A DNA stretch of 43,937 bases, taken from Planctomycetota bacterium. GTDB lineage: Bacteria; Planctomycetota; PUPC01. The notes below the pieces were generated by a model that did no database searches, was not told where the DNA came from, and saw only the letters and a program-made list of their open reading frames with translations. This document shows, one piece after another, positions 8,544 through 17,532 of this stretch. The DNA lies in NCBI GenBank assembly GCA_003559755.1, contig PWKM01000150.1, forward strand, positions 1 to 43,937, given 5' to 3'. A program made the position numbers and the translations under genes. Positions within the stretch are counted from its first letter, which is position 1, and every line of letters begins with the position of its first letter.

Positions 8544-9221
8544 CTAAGAAAGCTCCTTCACCACCAGGTGGCACACCCCGTCGATATTGGCAAAAGGCCG
8601 AACGCCTTCAAATTCAAACGTCTTGTATTCGACACTATGGATGCTTTTGAAACCGCATTTCCTGTGGCATTGGAGCGATGCCGGGCCGGTACATTCCGAT
8701 GCGGCAAGCCGGTAACCGCGCGGTCGGGCCTCCTCGAGCGTCTCCCCCAGCAGCCGCGTTGCAATGCCGAGCCCTTCATAACCTGACGCAACCCCGATTG
8801 CGGATATGTGGAGGCATTCTCCCTTCGCCGGCGAGTATTGTTCCTCCATAGGCCGCCTGAGCTCTTTCAGGAAGCCCTCCAGCGGCGGGACTTTCGTCAG
8901 CTCCTGGGCGGTCAATCCCTCTGGCGGCTCGGCTGGGTCCTGTTCGCGTATATCCGACGCGATAAGAAAACCTACGGGGCCGGTCGCATCCTCCTGGATG
9001 GACGCCTTGAGCCAGAGTTCTCTCTGTTGAGGCCGGTCGCCCGGTCGCAAGTACATAAGTCTTGCGATGGCGATGATCCGTTCTTCGGGAAACCCCAACC
9101 ACCTTGTCAGGGGTTCGCTCTGGCAGAATATCCCGGCGTACAGCCGGAGCACGTCGCCGATGTCCTCCGGCTCCACCGCCGAGATCACGTATCTTGGCGC
9201 ATCGCGTTTTGGCGCGTCCAT
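8544..9221 (-). CDS. GNAT-family N-acetyltransferase
   Basis: 225 aa. Acetyl-CoA-binding-type motif ISAIGVASGYEGLGIATRLLGETLEEAR followed by HRKCGFK. Only 3 nt separate its start from the upstream gene's stop codon. Confidence 0.8.
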   Translation of the reverse strand: MDAPKRDAPRYVISAVEPEDIGDVLRLYAGIFCQSEPLTRWLGFPEERIIAIARLMYLRPGDRPQQRELWLKASIQEDATGPVGFLIASDIREQDPAEPPEGLTAQELTKVPPLEGFLKELRRPMEEQYSPAKGECLHISAIGVASGYEGLGIATRLLGETLEEARPRGYRLAASECTGPASLQCHRKCGFKSIHSVEYKTFEFEGVRPFANIDGVCHLVVKELS

Positions 9222-9224
9222 CGT

Positions 9225-10790
9225 TCAGTCCTCGGAGTTACGTTTGTACTCGCGATACCGCTGCTCGGCCGGCGTGGGCTGCAGCGGTTCGCCCGCGTTC
9301 AGCGTACGCAGATCGATGTCGGCCCCGATGGCCGGCCAGGGCCGTTCGCCCCACCAGTCCGGCCGCCCGGCGAGGTAAAGCGAGGCGGGAAGCTCCCAGT
9401 CGGGCGGCGGGTCGTCGCGAGTGAGTGCGTCGGAACCTGACGGTTCCGCCCCCAGAAACAGGTTCTTCTCGACGTGGGCCCGCCGGCTGCCGCCAGTGAC
9501 CCTGACGCCTCTCCGGACCAGCGTGTTGAGCAGGATGTTCGCATCGTGGGAGTGGTCCAGTACCGAGATCGCCGGGCCGCCCACGTTCAAGCCCGCGTTC
9601 TCGACCCGGTTCCGGAAACTCGTGGTGTAGGGCCCGGTCGGCCCCCACCAGTCGGCATAGACAATCCGCTGAACGGTGTTCCCCTCGAACAGGTTCATGT
9701 ACGAGTAGTGGCCATGCACGGATATGTCGCAGTTGTGTGTGCAGCGGTACGATGCGTTGTAGCCGAACACGTTCCCGTTCGCCCCCTCCTTGGTCATCAT
9801 CGCGTGGCGGAGATGGTCGAAGACATTGTTCTCGATCAGGCAGTCCGTAGCCCAGCGCCCGGCGACCACCCCGTACCCGTGCCCGCCCCCGCCGTACTCG
9901 TGAGCGTGGTGCATCAAGCTGTCGCGGACGACGATGCCCCGGCTCCGGCGTATCCAGACGTGTGCCCGGACGCAATACTCGGTGTGGCAGTTGCGGACCC
10001 AACAATCCGCTCCCCGGTTTATGTGGACGATGTACGACAACTTGTCGTTCGCCCGCCGAATATGCAGGTTTTCGACCCCCGCTCGCTCGATGGCGTCGAA
10101 CACGGTGATGCGCGGGCGTAACTCCTCGCGGTACGACCGCCGCAGGGGGCGGTCCAACTCCAGCGTCGTGCCCCGGACGGCCTTTACGCGGAGCACCTGG
10201 CCGACCACATTCTGTGCCCAGGCGGCGTCCCACTCCCGGCGGGTGTAAAGCAATTCGGGGTCATTATCGCAATAGAGTTCGACATATTGGCCGGGCCGCA
10301 GGTCGGCCGGCTCCTCCAGCACCAGTTCGGTGCTGCCCGCTTCGAACCCCGATTTCAGGGGGAGGTCGCGCAGGGCTTGCCCCGCCCCCCGGCCCTGGAT
10401 GTCGATAACCGGGGTATGTTCGCCCGGAATCTCGGCTCGGAGCCGGGTCTTCTCCGGCCCGGCCCCGCGCAGGACCACGCCGGAGCGCAACCGGAGCGTC
10501 CCCTTGAGCAGGTATGTCCCTTCGTGCAGGAAGACGGCTCCCGGCGGCTCGACGGCGTCGATCGCCGCCTGGATGGCCGGTGCGTCATCGTGCTCGCCGT
10601 CGCCTCTGGCCCCGTGATGCCGGGCATCGACCCGGACCGGGACCTCCGGAATGCCGCCCTCGATGCCGGGCCGCCATCCCGGCAGCCGCTCGACCGGGAT
10701 ATCGAGGTCCCCGAGTTCGAGGCGTTCGGCATAGACGGCCGCCGCCCCTGACAACAGGATTACGCAGACGATAAGCGTTCGGCAATGCAT
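9225..10790 (-). CDS. Secreted right-handed parallel beta-helix protein (pectate-lyase-3 / glycoside hydrolase 28-like fold)
   Basis: Signal peptide MHCRTLIVCVILLSGAAAVYA. The N-terminal motif HHGARGDGEHDDAPAIQAAID...GTYLL is typical of the pectate_lyase_3 family, and His/Asn/Gly-rich beta-helix rungs follow. Confidence 0.75.
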   Translation of the reverse strand: MHCRTLIVCVILLSGAAAVYAERLELGDLDIPVERLPGWRPGIEGGIPEVPVRVDARHHGARGDGEHDDAPAIQAAIDAVEPPGAVFLHEGTYLLKGTLRLRSGVVLRGAGPEKTRLRAEIPGEHTPVIDIQGRGAGQALRDLPLKSGFEAGSTELVLEEPADLRPGQYVELYCDNDPELLYTRREWDAAWAQNVVGQVLRVKAVRGTTLELDRPLRRSYREELRPRITVFDAIERAGVENLHIRRANDKLSYIVHINRGADCWVRNCHTEYCVRAHVWIRRSRGIVVRDSLMHHAHEYGGGGHGYGVVAGRWATDCLIENNVFDHLRHAMMTKEGANGNVFGYNASYRCTHNCDISVHGHYSYMNLFEGNTVQRIVYADWWGPTGPYTTSFRNRVENAGLNVGGPAISVLDHSHDANILLNTLVRRGVRVTGGSRRAHVEKNLFLGAEPSGSDALTRDDPPPDWELPASLYLAGRPDWWGERPWPAIGADIDLRTLNAGEPLQPTPAEQRYREYKRNSED

Positions 10791-10921
10791 CGCGTCACCT
10801 CCGGATAGAACAGCACACCTCCTCAGGAGAGAGCCGTGTCGGACTCGTCATTACAGAGGATACCGTGCATTCCCGGGGAAAACAATGAACGCGGCGAGAA
10901 TGGGCGGAGCGATTCTCCGGC

Positions 10922-10951
10922 TTGACTCGGCCGGTTATAAGCTGATATACT
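10922..10951 (+). promoter_or_regulatory. Candidate sigma-70 promoter for the IPT-exbB operon (TTGACT-N18-TATACT)
   Basis: TTGACT at 10922-10927 and TATACT at 10946-10951, 53 nt upstream of ATG 11005. Confidence 0.3.
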
Positions 10952-11004
10952 TTAGTTAAGCGGAAAGGTCGCTTGAACCGTCCGGCCAACACCTTACGGA
11001 GTCC

Positions 11005-12030
11005 ATGCCCTTGAAGTCCGGATCCCGTGTCATCCCCCTTATTCTGTTCCTGCTTCTCCTGTCTCCGTCGGCGTTCAGTGCGGACGGTGCCGGGGCCGGC
11101 CCGATCATTCGAAGCGTGGAGCCGGTGATTGTCAGTCGGGACGGGGACACCCGTATCACCATCCTCGGTGCGAATTTCGAGACCGGGGCTCCGCCCGACA
11201 TCCGGGTCGAGGTTGGCGGTGAGCCCTGCACCGAGGTCGATGTCAACTGGCAGGGGACGCGGATTCTGGCACTGGTGCCCCCTTCGCGCGCCGGTGGCCC
11301 TGTCCCCGTTCGCGTTATCAATTCCGACGGTCAGTCCGTAACCGTCGAGGACGCGGTTTACTATGAAGACGGGCGGTTCTGGTCGCGGAACTGGTTCCTT
11401 CTGGGAGTCCGCGCCAAGGGGGTCTGGGAGCTGATGCGTCAGGGCGGCCTGATCATGGCGTTCTTGGGTGTGTTGTCGATATTCGCCGTCGCCTGGGCGA
11501 TCCATTGCGCGATTACCATCCGCACCAAGCGCATCATCCCCCGCGAATTCCTCGACCGGTTGAGCGGCCACATCGCCCGGCGCGAGGTCCAGGAGGCAAT
11601 TACCGCCTGCCAGCAGGAAGACGCTGTGTTCAGCCGCGTGGCGCTGGCCGCCCTCCGCAAGGCGGGCGAGCCGCCCCACAAGATTCGCGACGCCAGTCAG
11701 GCGGCCGGCTCCCGCGAGGCCTCACACCTCTTCCAGAAGATCAACTATCTGTCGAACATCGGCGTGATCTCTCCCATGCTGGGCCTGCTGGGCACGGTGA
11801 TGGGGATGCTCATGGCGTTCAGGGCGATGGGCGAGGAAGGCGGCCGGTCGATGGCCCTCGCAGCCGCTATCTACCGGGCGCTGGGGACGACGGCCGTCGG
11901 CCTGACCATCGGGATTCCCGCTATGGCCTGCTTCTACTATTTCCGGGGCAAGCTGCTCCAGGCGACCACCGACATGGAGCAGGTGGCAGAGGAACTGAGC
12001 GATGCCCTTGCCCCGGGTGAGGAGCCGTGA
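11005..12030 (+). CDS. exbB: MotA/TolQ/ExbB proton-channel protein with an N-terminal signal peptide and IPT/TIG domain fusion
   Basis: Signal peptide (LILFLLLLSPSAFSA). IPT/TIG pattern PIIRSVEPVIVSRDGDTRITILGANF...VEVGGEPCTEV...ILALVP...VPVRVINSDGQS. Then the ExbB core (GGLIMAFLGVLSIFAVAWAI; ISPMLGLLGTVMGMLMAF; ALGTTAVGLTIGIPAMACFYYFRGKL). All in one uninterrupted ORF. Confidence 0.85.
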   Translation: MPLKSGSRVIPLILFLLLLSPSAFSADGAGAGPIIRSVEPVIVSRDGDTRITILGANFETGAPPDIRVEVGGEPCTEVDVNWQGTRILALVPPSRAGGPVPVRVINSDGQSVTVEDAVYYEDGRFWSRNWFLLGVRAKGVWELMRQGGLIMAFLGVLSIFAVAWAIHCAITIRTKRIIPREFLDRLSGHIARREVQEAITACQQEDAVFSRVALAALRKAGEPPHKIRDASQAAGSREASHLFQKINYLSNIGVISPMLGLLGTVMGMLMAFRAMGEEGGRSMALAAAIYRALGTTAVGLTIGIPAMACFYYFRGKLLQATTDMEQVAEELSDALAPGEEP

Positions 12031-12458
12031 TGAACTTCAGGCAGGTCTTCGAGGAGCGGCAGGAATCGTTTCAGCTCGCTCCGATGATCGACATCGTGTT
12101 CCTCCTGCTGATCTTTTTCATCCTCAGCGGCGTGCGGGCACAGGAGGCGGAACTGCCGATGGACCTGCCCGGTGCATCCGCCTCGGTCGAACGGCGTCAC
12201 GAGCCGGAGGAAGTGGTGGTCAATGTGGCCCGGGACGGTACGCTGGTCGTCGATAACGCGGTGGTAACTGTTGACGACCTCCAGAAGAAGCTGAACATTT
12301 TGCACCGGTCGGTCACCCGCCCGGTATCTGTTGTGGTACGGGCACACCCGAGGGCCGAGCACCAATCGGTGCTCAACGTCCTGAACGCCTGTGCCGCCGC
12401 CGGCATCACCAAAGTGTCATTTGTGACGAGAGATGAGCGAACCAGGCAGCCCGGTTAA
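12027..12458 (+). CDS. exbD: ExbD/TolR biopolymer transport protein
   Basis: QLAPMIDIVFLLLIFFIL TM carrying the conserved Asp, plus a periplasmic domain (VVVNVARDGTLVVDNAVV...VVVRAHPRAEHQSVLNVLNACAAAGI). The likely ATG at 12030 overlaps the exbB TGA by 1 nt (TGATG). Confidence 0.9.
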   Translation: MMNFRQVFEERQESFQLAPMIDIVFLLLIFFILSGVRAQEAELPMDLPGASASVERRHEPEEVVVNVARDGTLVVDNAVVTVDDLQKKLNILHRSVTRPVSVVVRAHPRAEHQSVLNVLNACAAAGITKVSFVTRDERTRQPG

Positions 12459-12474
12459 CCGAAAACGTGGTCCG

Positions 12475-15036
12475 ATGGCACTCCTGCTCGCAGGCGTTGC
12501 GGCAGCATGCCTGATCTTCACCGCGGCCGCCCCGGCCGACAACGCGGCCGGCGACGCGGACATGCAGTGGGAGTTCGCCAACCGGCTTCTCCAACTCCAG
12601 TCCTATTCGACCGCCGCCCCCCAGTTCCGCAAGTTCCTGGAAGAATATCCCGAAGACCCCCGCCGCGAGGAAGCACGCTATCAACTCGCCATGTGCTACT
12701 ACGTAATGGGGGAAGACGAGCCCGACAACTACGAACGGGCATTGGCCGAGCTGGTGACACTCCGCATGGAGTTCCCGAACGGCAAGCGGTTGAACGACAG
12801 CTTATTCCGGTCAGGGCACATCAGATATCTCACGAGCGACGCAGAGGGGGCGATCGACGACCTGTCGACCCTGCTCGAGCAGGACGGGGTGGCCGCCGAA
12901 CTTGCCGTTCGAGCTCATCACTTCCTCGGTCGGGCACGCTATGATCTGGGCCAGCACAGGGCGGCCATCGAACATTTGAACCGAGTGGCCGAGGCACCGG
13001 AAGAGACCCCGCTTCGCCGGTACGCGTTGATCGTTCTTGCCAATGCCCACACCAGGAAGAGCCAGTTCGAGCAGGCGGCGAATACCATCGATACGCTCCT
13101 TGCCGACCATCCCGACCTTGCCGAGGACGAGGACCTGCTGATCAAGCTGGCCGACGCCCGCCTCGCCGTCGAGCAGTACGATCGGGCCCTGGCCACGTAC
13201 CAGCGGATCGACGACGAGAGCCCGTATCGGTTCCGCGCCGCACTCGGCATCGCCCGATCATACCTGGGGCTGGACAGAAACGCCGAGGCGATGCAGGCCG
13301 CCCGAGCGTTGCTCGATGCGTATGAGCCGACGCCTGAAACCGAAGGGATGAACATCCTCGAGCAGTGCTCGTACATCATCGGCGTCGTGCACTTCAAGCG
13401 GGAAGAATGGGCCGAGGCCGCCGCTGCATTCGAAACAATGCTGGACGCGCTCAAACAGGGCGGGATGGCGGAGGACGCCGCCTACCGGCTGTGCTGGTCC
13501 TACTATCACCTGGGCGAGGAACGGGCCCGGAACCTGGTTGCCGCCAGCGCCGCTTTCCGGCGGATGTTCCCGGCCAGCGACTACATCGACGAGGTCGTCT
13601 TCCTGGCCGGCGAGGGCCACCGGGCACTGGGCGACTTCCAACAGGCGATCTCCTATTACGAACGAATCGAGGAGCACGACCCCAACTACCACGACGCCCT
13701 CTATCGAATCGCCTACTCCTATCACAGGGCGGGCCGGACCGAGCGGGCCGCCAGGGCGTACGATGCGTTTGTCGAGGCACAGAAAGAGCACCGCCGGGCC
13801 CAGGACGCCCTGTACGAGGCCGCCGCACTCTACCAGGGACTCGAACGGTATGAACTCGCGGCCGAACGCTATCATCGGTTCATCGAAAAGGCCCCACGCG
13901 GCCCCGAACAGGCCGAGGCGATGTATCAGCAAGGCGTCTGCTACGCCAGGATGGGACGCTTCGACCGGATGGACGAAGCCCTCACCGGGTATGTCGAGAG
14001 ATACCCCGACGGCGAACACATCGGCTCCGTTCACTATTGGCTGGCTCGACATCACCGGATACAGGCCGACACGCACTCCAACGACGGCGAGATCGACGCC
14101 GCCGTCGCCGCCTACCGACGGGCCGAGCAGAGCTTCCAGCGGGCCCTCGAACACGACCCGCCGGAAGACAAGACCATTCGGCGCTCCATCGCCGAATTGC
14201 GATACCGGCTGGGCGAGACGCTGAATCGCGGGGCAACCGAGGCGGCCGAGGCAGCGGAACAGGCCGACGACGCCGATACAAGGGCGGCTCTGGAGGAAAA
14301 GAGGGACCGGCTGGCCCGGGAAGCCGCCGACACGTTCGGCAAATCCGCTCGCGACTTCCTCGACCTCGCCAGAGAGCATCCCGAACTGATCGGTTCGGAG
14401 GACATCTACTTCTGGGTGGGAAGCTGGTTCCGGCGGCACGAAGAACCCGAGTCCGCCATCGAGGCATTTCTGGCGTTCCGCGAACACCGCCCGGAATCGG
14501 AGAACCTGGACCGGGCGCTCTACCAACTGATCGACCTGCACGGCTCACTCGAACCGGCCAACCACGAGGCGGTGATCCAATACGCCGATGAACTGATCGA
14601 GAAGCGCCCGCAGAGCGAGCTGGTGCTTCGCGGCAGGTTCGACAAGGCCGAGGCCCTGTTCGCCCTGCGGAGATACGATGAGGCCCGGCCGCTATACCGC
14701 GAGGTGTCGCGGGAAGGCGGGGGCGTACTGAGAATCGCATCGGACCTCAAACTCGGCCATATCCACCTCGCCAAAGAGGAATACAGCGAGGCCGTGGGCC
14801 AGTTTGCCCGCGTTGGGCTGCTGTATCAGCACGACACATTTACCCCCGAGGCGCTCTACTTCGCCGGGCGGGCGCGAGCCCGGGCGGGCGGTCCACGCGA
14901 TATCCAGGAAGCGGTCAACTTCTGGCAGCAGTTGGCGAGGAACTATCCCGCTTCGCAATGGACGGCCCGGATGAGAGACGACCTCGAGCCCCTCGGTTAT
15001 CACGTGGCCGAAAATGGAACGATCGAGAAGAAGTGA
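12475..15036 (+). CDS. Secreted tetratricopeptide-repeat (TPR) protein, about 850 aa
   Basis: Signal peptide MALLLAGVAAACLIFTAAAPA, then Ala/Tyr/Leu/Glu-rich 34-residue repeat patterns throughout (e.g. AEAMYQQGVCYARMGRFDRMDEAL). The ORF track starts at 12433 but ATG 12475 avoids overlapping exbD. Confidence 0.8.
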   Translation: MALLLAGVAAACLIFTAAAPADNAAGDADMQWEFANRLLQLQSYSTAAPQFRKFLEEYPEDPRREEARYQLAMCYYVMGEDEPDNYERALAELVTLRMEFPNGKRLNDSLFRSGHIRYLTSDAEGAIDDLSTLLEQDGVAAELAVRAHHFLGRARYDLGQHRAAIEHLNRVAEAPEETPLRRYALIVLANAHTRKSQFEQAANTIDTLLADHPDLAEDEDLLIKLADARLAVEQYDRALATYQRIDDESPYRFRAALGIARSYLGLDRNAEAMQAARALLDAYEPTPETEGMNILEQCSYIIGVVHFKREEWAEAAAAFETMLDALKQGGMAEDAAYRLCWSYYHLGEERARNLVAASAAFRRMFPASDYIDEVVFLAGEGHRALGDFQQAISYYERIEEHDPNYHDALYRIAYSYHRAGRTERAARAYDAFVEAQKEHRRAQDALYEAAALYQGLERYELAAERYHRFIEKAPRGPEQAEAMYQQGVCYARMGRFDRMDEALTGYVERYPDGEHIGSVHYWLARHHRIQADTHSNDGEIDAAVAAYRRAEQSFQRALEHDPPEDKTIRRSIAELRYRLGETLNRGATEAAEAAEQADDADTRAALEEKRDRLAREAADTFGKSARDFLDLAREHPELIGSEDIYFWVGSWFRRHEEPESAIEAFLAFREHRPESENLDRALYQLIDLHGSLEPANHEAVIQYADELIEKRPQSELVLRGRFDKAEALFALRRYDEARPLYREVSREGGGVLRIASDLKLGHIHLAKEEYSEAVGQFARVGLLYQHDTFTPEALYFAGRARARAGGPRDIQEAVNFWQQLARNYPASQWTARMRDDLEPLGYHVAENGTIEKK

Positions 15037-15061
15037 CACGCCGGAGGCCGAATCGAGGGCG

Positions 15062-16807
15062 ATGCTGCTGCAACGCCCGCCGAGCCGCCCGCGTACCCGC
15101 TCGAAATCGTGGCTCGGCCTGCCGCTCATCATATCGATCTTCTTCCACGTCCTGCTCCTGGCGTCCGTCGAAGGACTTCACCTGTTAGAGATTCTGCCAC
15201 CGGCACCCGACGCGGCGGAGGCGCGGACTGTCGAGGTGTCCACCGCCGTAGCAGACCCAAGCAGGCCGGAACCCATCGGCCCGCCCGAGCCCACGGAGAG
15301 CATCTCGCTGCTGCCCGAGACGCCCGAACTCACCCCCGAACTGTTCCCGAGAACTCGGCCACGCGGCCCACAACGGCCCGAACCGGACCGCAAGCCGATC
15401 ACCCGCTACCCCGAAGAGGAACTCCCGGTCATCGCTCTGCCCGAACTTTCGGACCGAACCCGCCTGCTCCTCCGCGACGGCGAACTCGATATCGTGGACC
15501 CCGGCCGGGGGATCGAGGTTTACGAGCCGAGCGAGCGGCGCATTGAGGAGACGCCGCCCGTGCAAATCAAGGCGGAACCCCGGCTCCAGGCCGATACCGA
15601 TGTGCTGGCAGGAGCCATCCGCCCGACCCAGCCCCGCCGGGCCGCGACGAGCCCCGAGCCACCCACCGCGACCACACCCGAGCGCACCCACCGGCTGGAC
15701 CCGCCGCGAATCGAGCCCGCCACCGATCTCAGCCCCGGAATCGAACAGCTCTTCGCCCGCGACTTTGACCCCGTCGAGGCGGAGCCGCTGCCCCTGAACG
15801 TCCAGATCGACGTGTACGCCGAGCCGGAGAACGATGACCGCTTCTTCCGCCTGACCATCACCGAAAGCGACGACCTGCAGTTGCCCGTTCTCCAGAAGAA
15901 CATCCTGTTCGTCGTCGATATCTCGGCGAGCGTCCGGCAACACATGCTCCGGGCCATCCAGTCGGCGGTCCGCGACAAGGCGGCGGAGGGGTTCAACGAG
16001 GGGGATCGATTCAACATGGTACGGTTCAGCGAGCTCACCTTCAAGACGTTCGCCGGCTTCGTACCCGCGACCGCCGAGAACATCCGCCGGGCGGCCCGCG
16101 TCATCCGCAAAGAGTCGGGACAGGTCCGCACCGACGTTTATCAGGCACTGGTATCGGTTGTCGGGGACCTGCCGAGCGAGGGGGAGGACGCCCACCAGCC
16201 CACCCACATCTACCTCATCAGCGACGGCGACGCCACCACCGGCGTCCGCGACCTGCGCCGCATCGTCACCGACCTGGGCGATGTGACCCGGCCCAACCAC
16301 AGCATCTCGGCCCTCATCCCGGGGACCGAGCACGGCGATCGCTACCTGCTGGACCTGCTTACCTACCGGAACCGCGGGATGTTCGCCCACGCACGCAACA
16401 CCGACGACGTGGGCAGGAAGCTCGGCGAGCTCCTCCGCCGATTCCGCTACCCCATCCTCGTGGATATCCGAGCACGATTCGGCAGCTTCCGGGAGGCAAG
16501 AGTCTATCCCGAGCAACTGCCCGACCTCTACCGAGGTGAACCCATCGTCGTCCACGGCCGGTGCCGGCCGGGCGACACCATCGCTCTGGGAATTATCGGT
16601 CGGACTGCCGAGGGGCCTCGCCAGTTCGTCTATTCGCACCGACTGCCCGAGGTGTTGACCAACGACCCGACCATCGCACGCGGCTGGGCACGCGGCAAGA
16701 TTCACCACATCGCCGCTCTGATCGCCATCGGGGACGATCAGCCCGAATATCGGGAAGAGATCGACCGGCTGAGCGAACGCTACGACCTGGAATCGCCGTT
16801 CAAATAA
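15062..16807 (+). CDS. TonB/TolA-type signal-anchor plus Pro-rich rod fused to a von Willebrand factor A (vWA) domain
   Basis: TM LGLPLIISIFFHVLLLASV with an S-x3-H motif. About 200 aa Pro/Glu-rich linker. vWA domain with MIDAS residues (VVDISAS ... RTDVYQAL ... LISDGDATTG) and DRFNMVRF, typical of inter-alpha-trypsin-like vWA. The ORF track starts at 15014; ATG 15062 is the likelier start. Confidence 0.8.
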   Translation: MLLQRPPSRPRTRSKSWLGLPLIISIFFHVLLLASVEGLHLLEILPPAPDAAEARTVEVSTAVADPSRPEPIGPPEPTESISLLPETPELTPELFPRTRPRGPQRPEPDRKPITRYPEEELPVIALPELSDRTRLLLRDGELDIVDPGRGIEVYEPSERRIEETPPVQIKAEPRLQADTDVLAGAIRPTQPRRAATSPEPPTATTPERTHRLDPPRIEPATDLSPGIEQLFARDFDPVEAEPLPLNVQIDVYAEPENDDRFFRLTITESDDLQLPVLQKNILFVVDISASVRQHMLRAIQSAVRDKAAEGFNEGDRFNMVRFSELTFKTFAGFVPATAENIRRAARVIRKESGQVRTDVYQALVSVVGDLPSEGEDAHQPTHIYLISDGDATTGVRDLRRIVTDLGDVTRPNHSISALIPGTEHGDRYLLDLLTYRNRGMFAHARNTDDVGRKLGELLRRFRYPILVDIRARFGSFREARVYPEQLPDLYRGEPIVVHGRCRPGDTIALGIIGRTAEGPRQFVYSHRLPEVLTNDPTIARGWARGKIHHIAALIAIGDDQPEYREEIDRLSERYDLESPFK

Positions 16808-16824
16808 GGGCGGGGAGAACCATC

Positions 16825-17370
16825 ATGAAGCGAAAGTGGTCGGTCCTGTTGCTGACGGTCGTACCCGGTCTCGGCCACATTTACGCCGGCCGCCAGTGGC
16901 GGGGGCTCCTTCTCTTCGGCCTGTTCGCCATCGCGATCAACGGCTATGTCGCCGGCACCGAGATGACACGGTCGGAGAACCGGACTATCCGCGAACGGGG
17001 CCGGCAGGTCCGTGTGGCGTGTACCGTCGTGGCGGTCGGGGTGTGGATATTCGCCCTGGTTGACATCGCACGCCTGTCGAAGCAGTTCGAATCGAAGCCG
17101 CGTCGCGAGCGGAAGGACTACCATTTCAAGCGCGGCCTGCACCACTACCTCGCCGGAACATTCGAGAGCGCCCGGGGCGAGTTCCTCACCGTGCTGAAGC
17201 TGGACTCGATGGACGCCGACGCCCGCTACTACCTGGGGATGACCCACCAGGCGCTGGGCAACAAACGCCGGGCGGCAAGGGCGTTCAAACGATGCCTGTC
17301 CGCGGACACCGAGAAAAAATGGAACTGGGAAGCCAAAGCCCAACTGAAGAAAGCCCGGAAAACCGGATAA
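16825..17370 (+). CDS. Small membrane protein with a C-terminal TPR motif
   Basis: ATG 16825 preceded by GGGGAGAA. Two TM helices (WSVLLLTVVPGLGHIYAG...LLLFGLFAIAINGYVAG; VACTVVAVGVWIFALVDIA), then a TPR-like segment (GLHHYLAGTFESARGEFLTVLKLDSMDADARYYLGMTHQALGNKRRAARAFKRCL). Confidence 0.7.
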   Translation: MKRKWSVLLLTVVPGLGHIYAGRQWRGLLLFGLFAIAINGYVAGTEMTRSENRTIRERGRQVRVACTVVAVGVWIFALVDIARLSKQFESKPRRERKDYHFKRGLHHYLAGTFESARGEFLTVLKLDSMDADARYYLGMTHQALGNKRRAARAFKRCLSADTEKKWNWEAKAQLKKARKTG

Positions 17371-17532
17371 CAAGGACACAGATGGCCGAACCAAGAGTGC
17401 GAACGAACGGCTGCATCGACCGCGATATGCGGGGCGGCGAACCGGCCGGACCTGCTCTGCGCGCCTGCCGACCGGCACGGGACCGCAGCACGATTATCGA
17501 ACGCCCGACGCACTCCAGACCCGAGGGACCCA

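Noticed and set aside
8328-8786. 152-aa plus ORF, plus 76-aa and 65-aa ORFs inside the AT-rich island
   Set aside because: They have no RBS, atypical composition and overlap with the GNAT gene end. The region is better explained as regulatory DNA.
16561-16824. Upstream extension of the TM-TPR ORF (track start 16561). Similar extensions occur at 34683-34829 (secretin), 28843-29079 (TPR), 27611-27637 (exbB), 23336-23428 (tatA), 39668-39754 (pilMN) and 43213-43473 (PEP-CTERM protein)
   Set aside because: The extensions overlap upstream genes or contain the gene's own RBS, and they encode Arg/Pro-rich non-protein-like sequence. Internal ATG codons with Shine-Dalgarno motifs and signal peptides give better starts.
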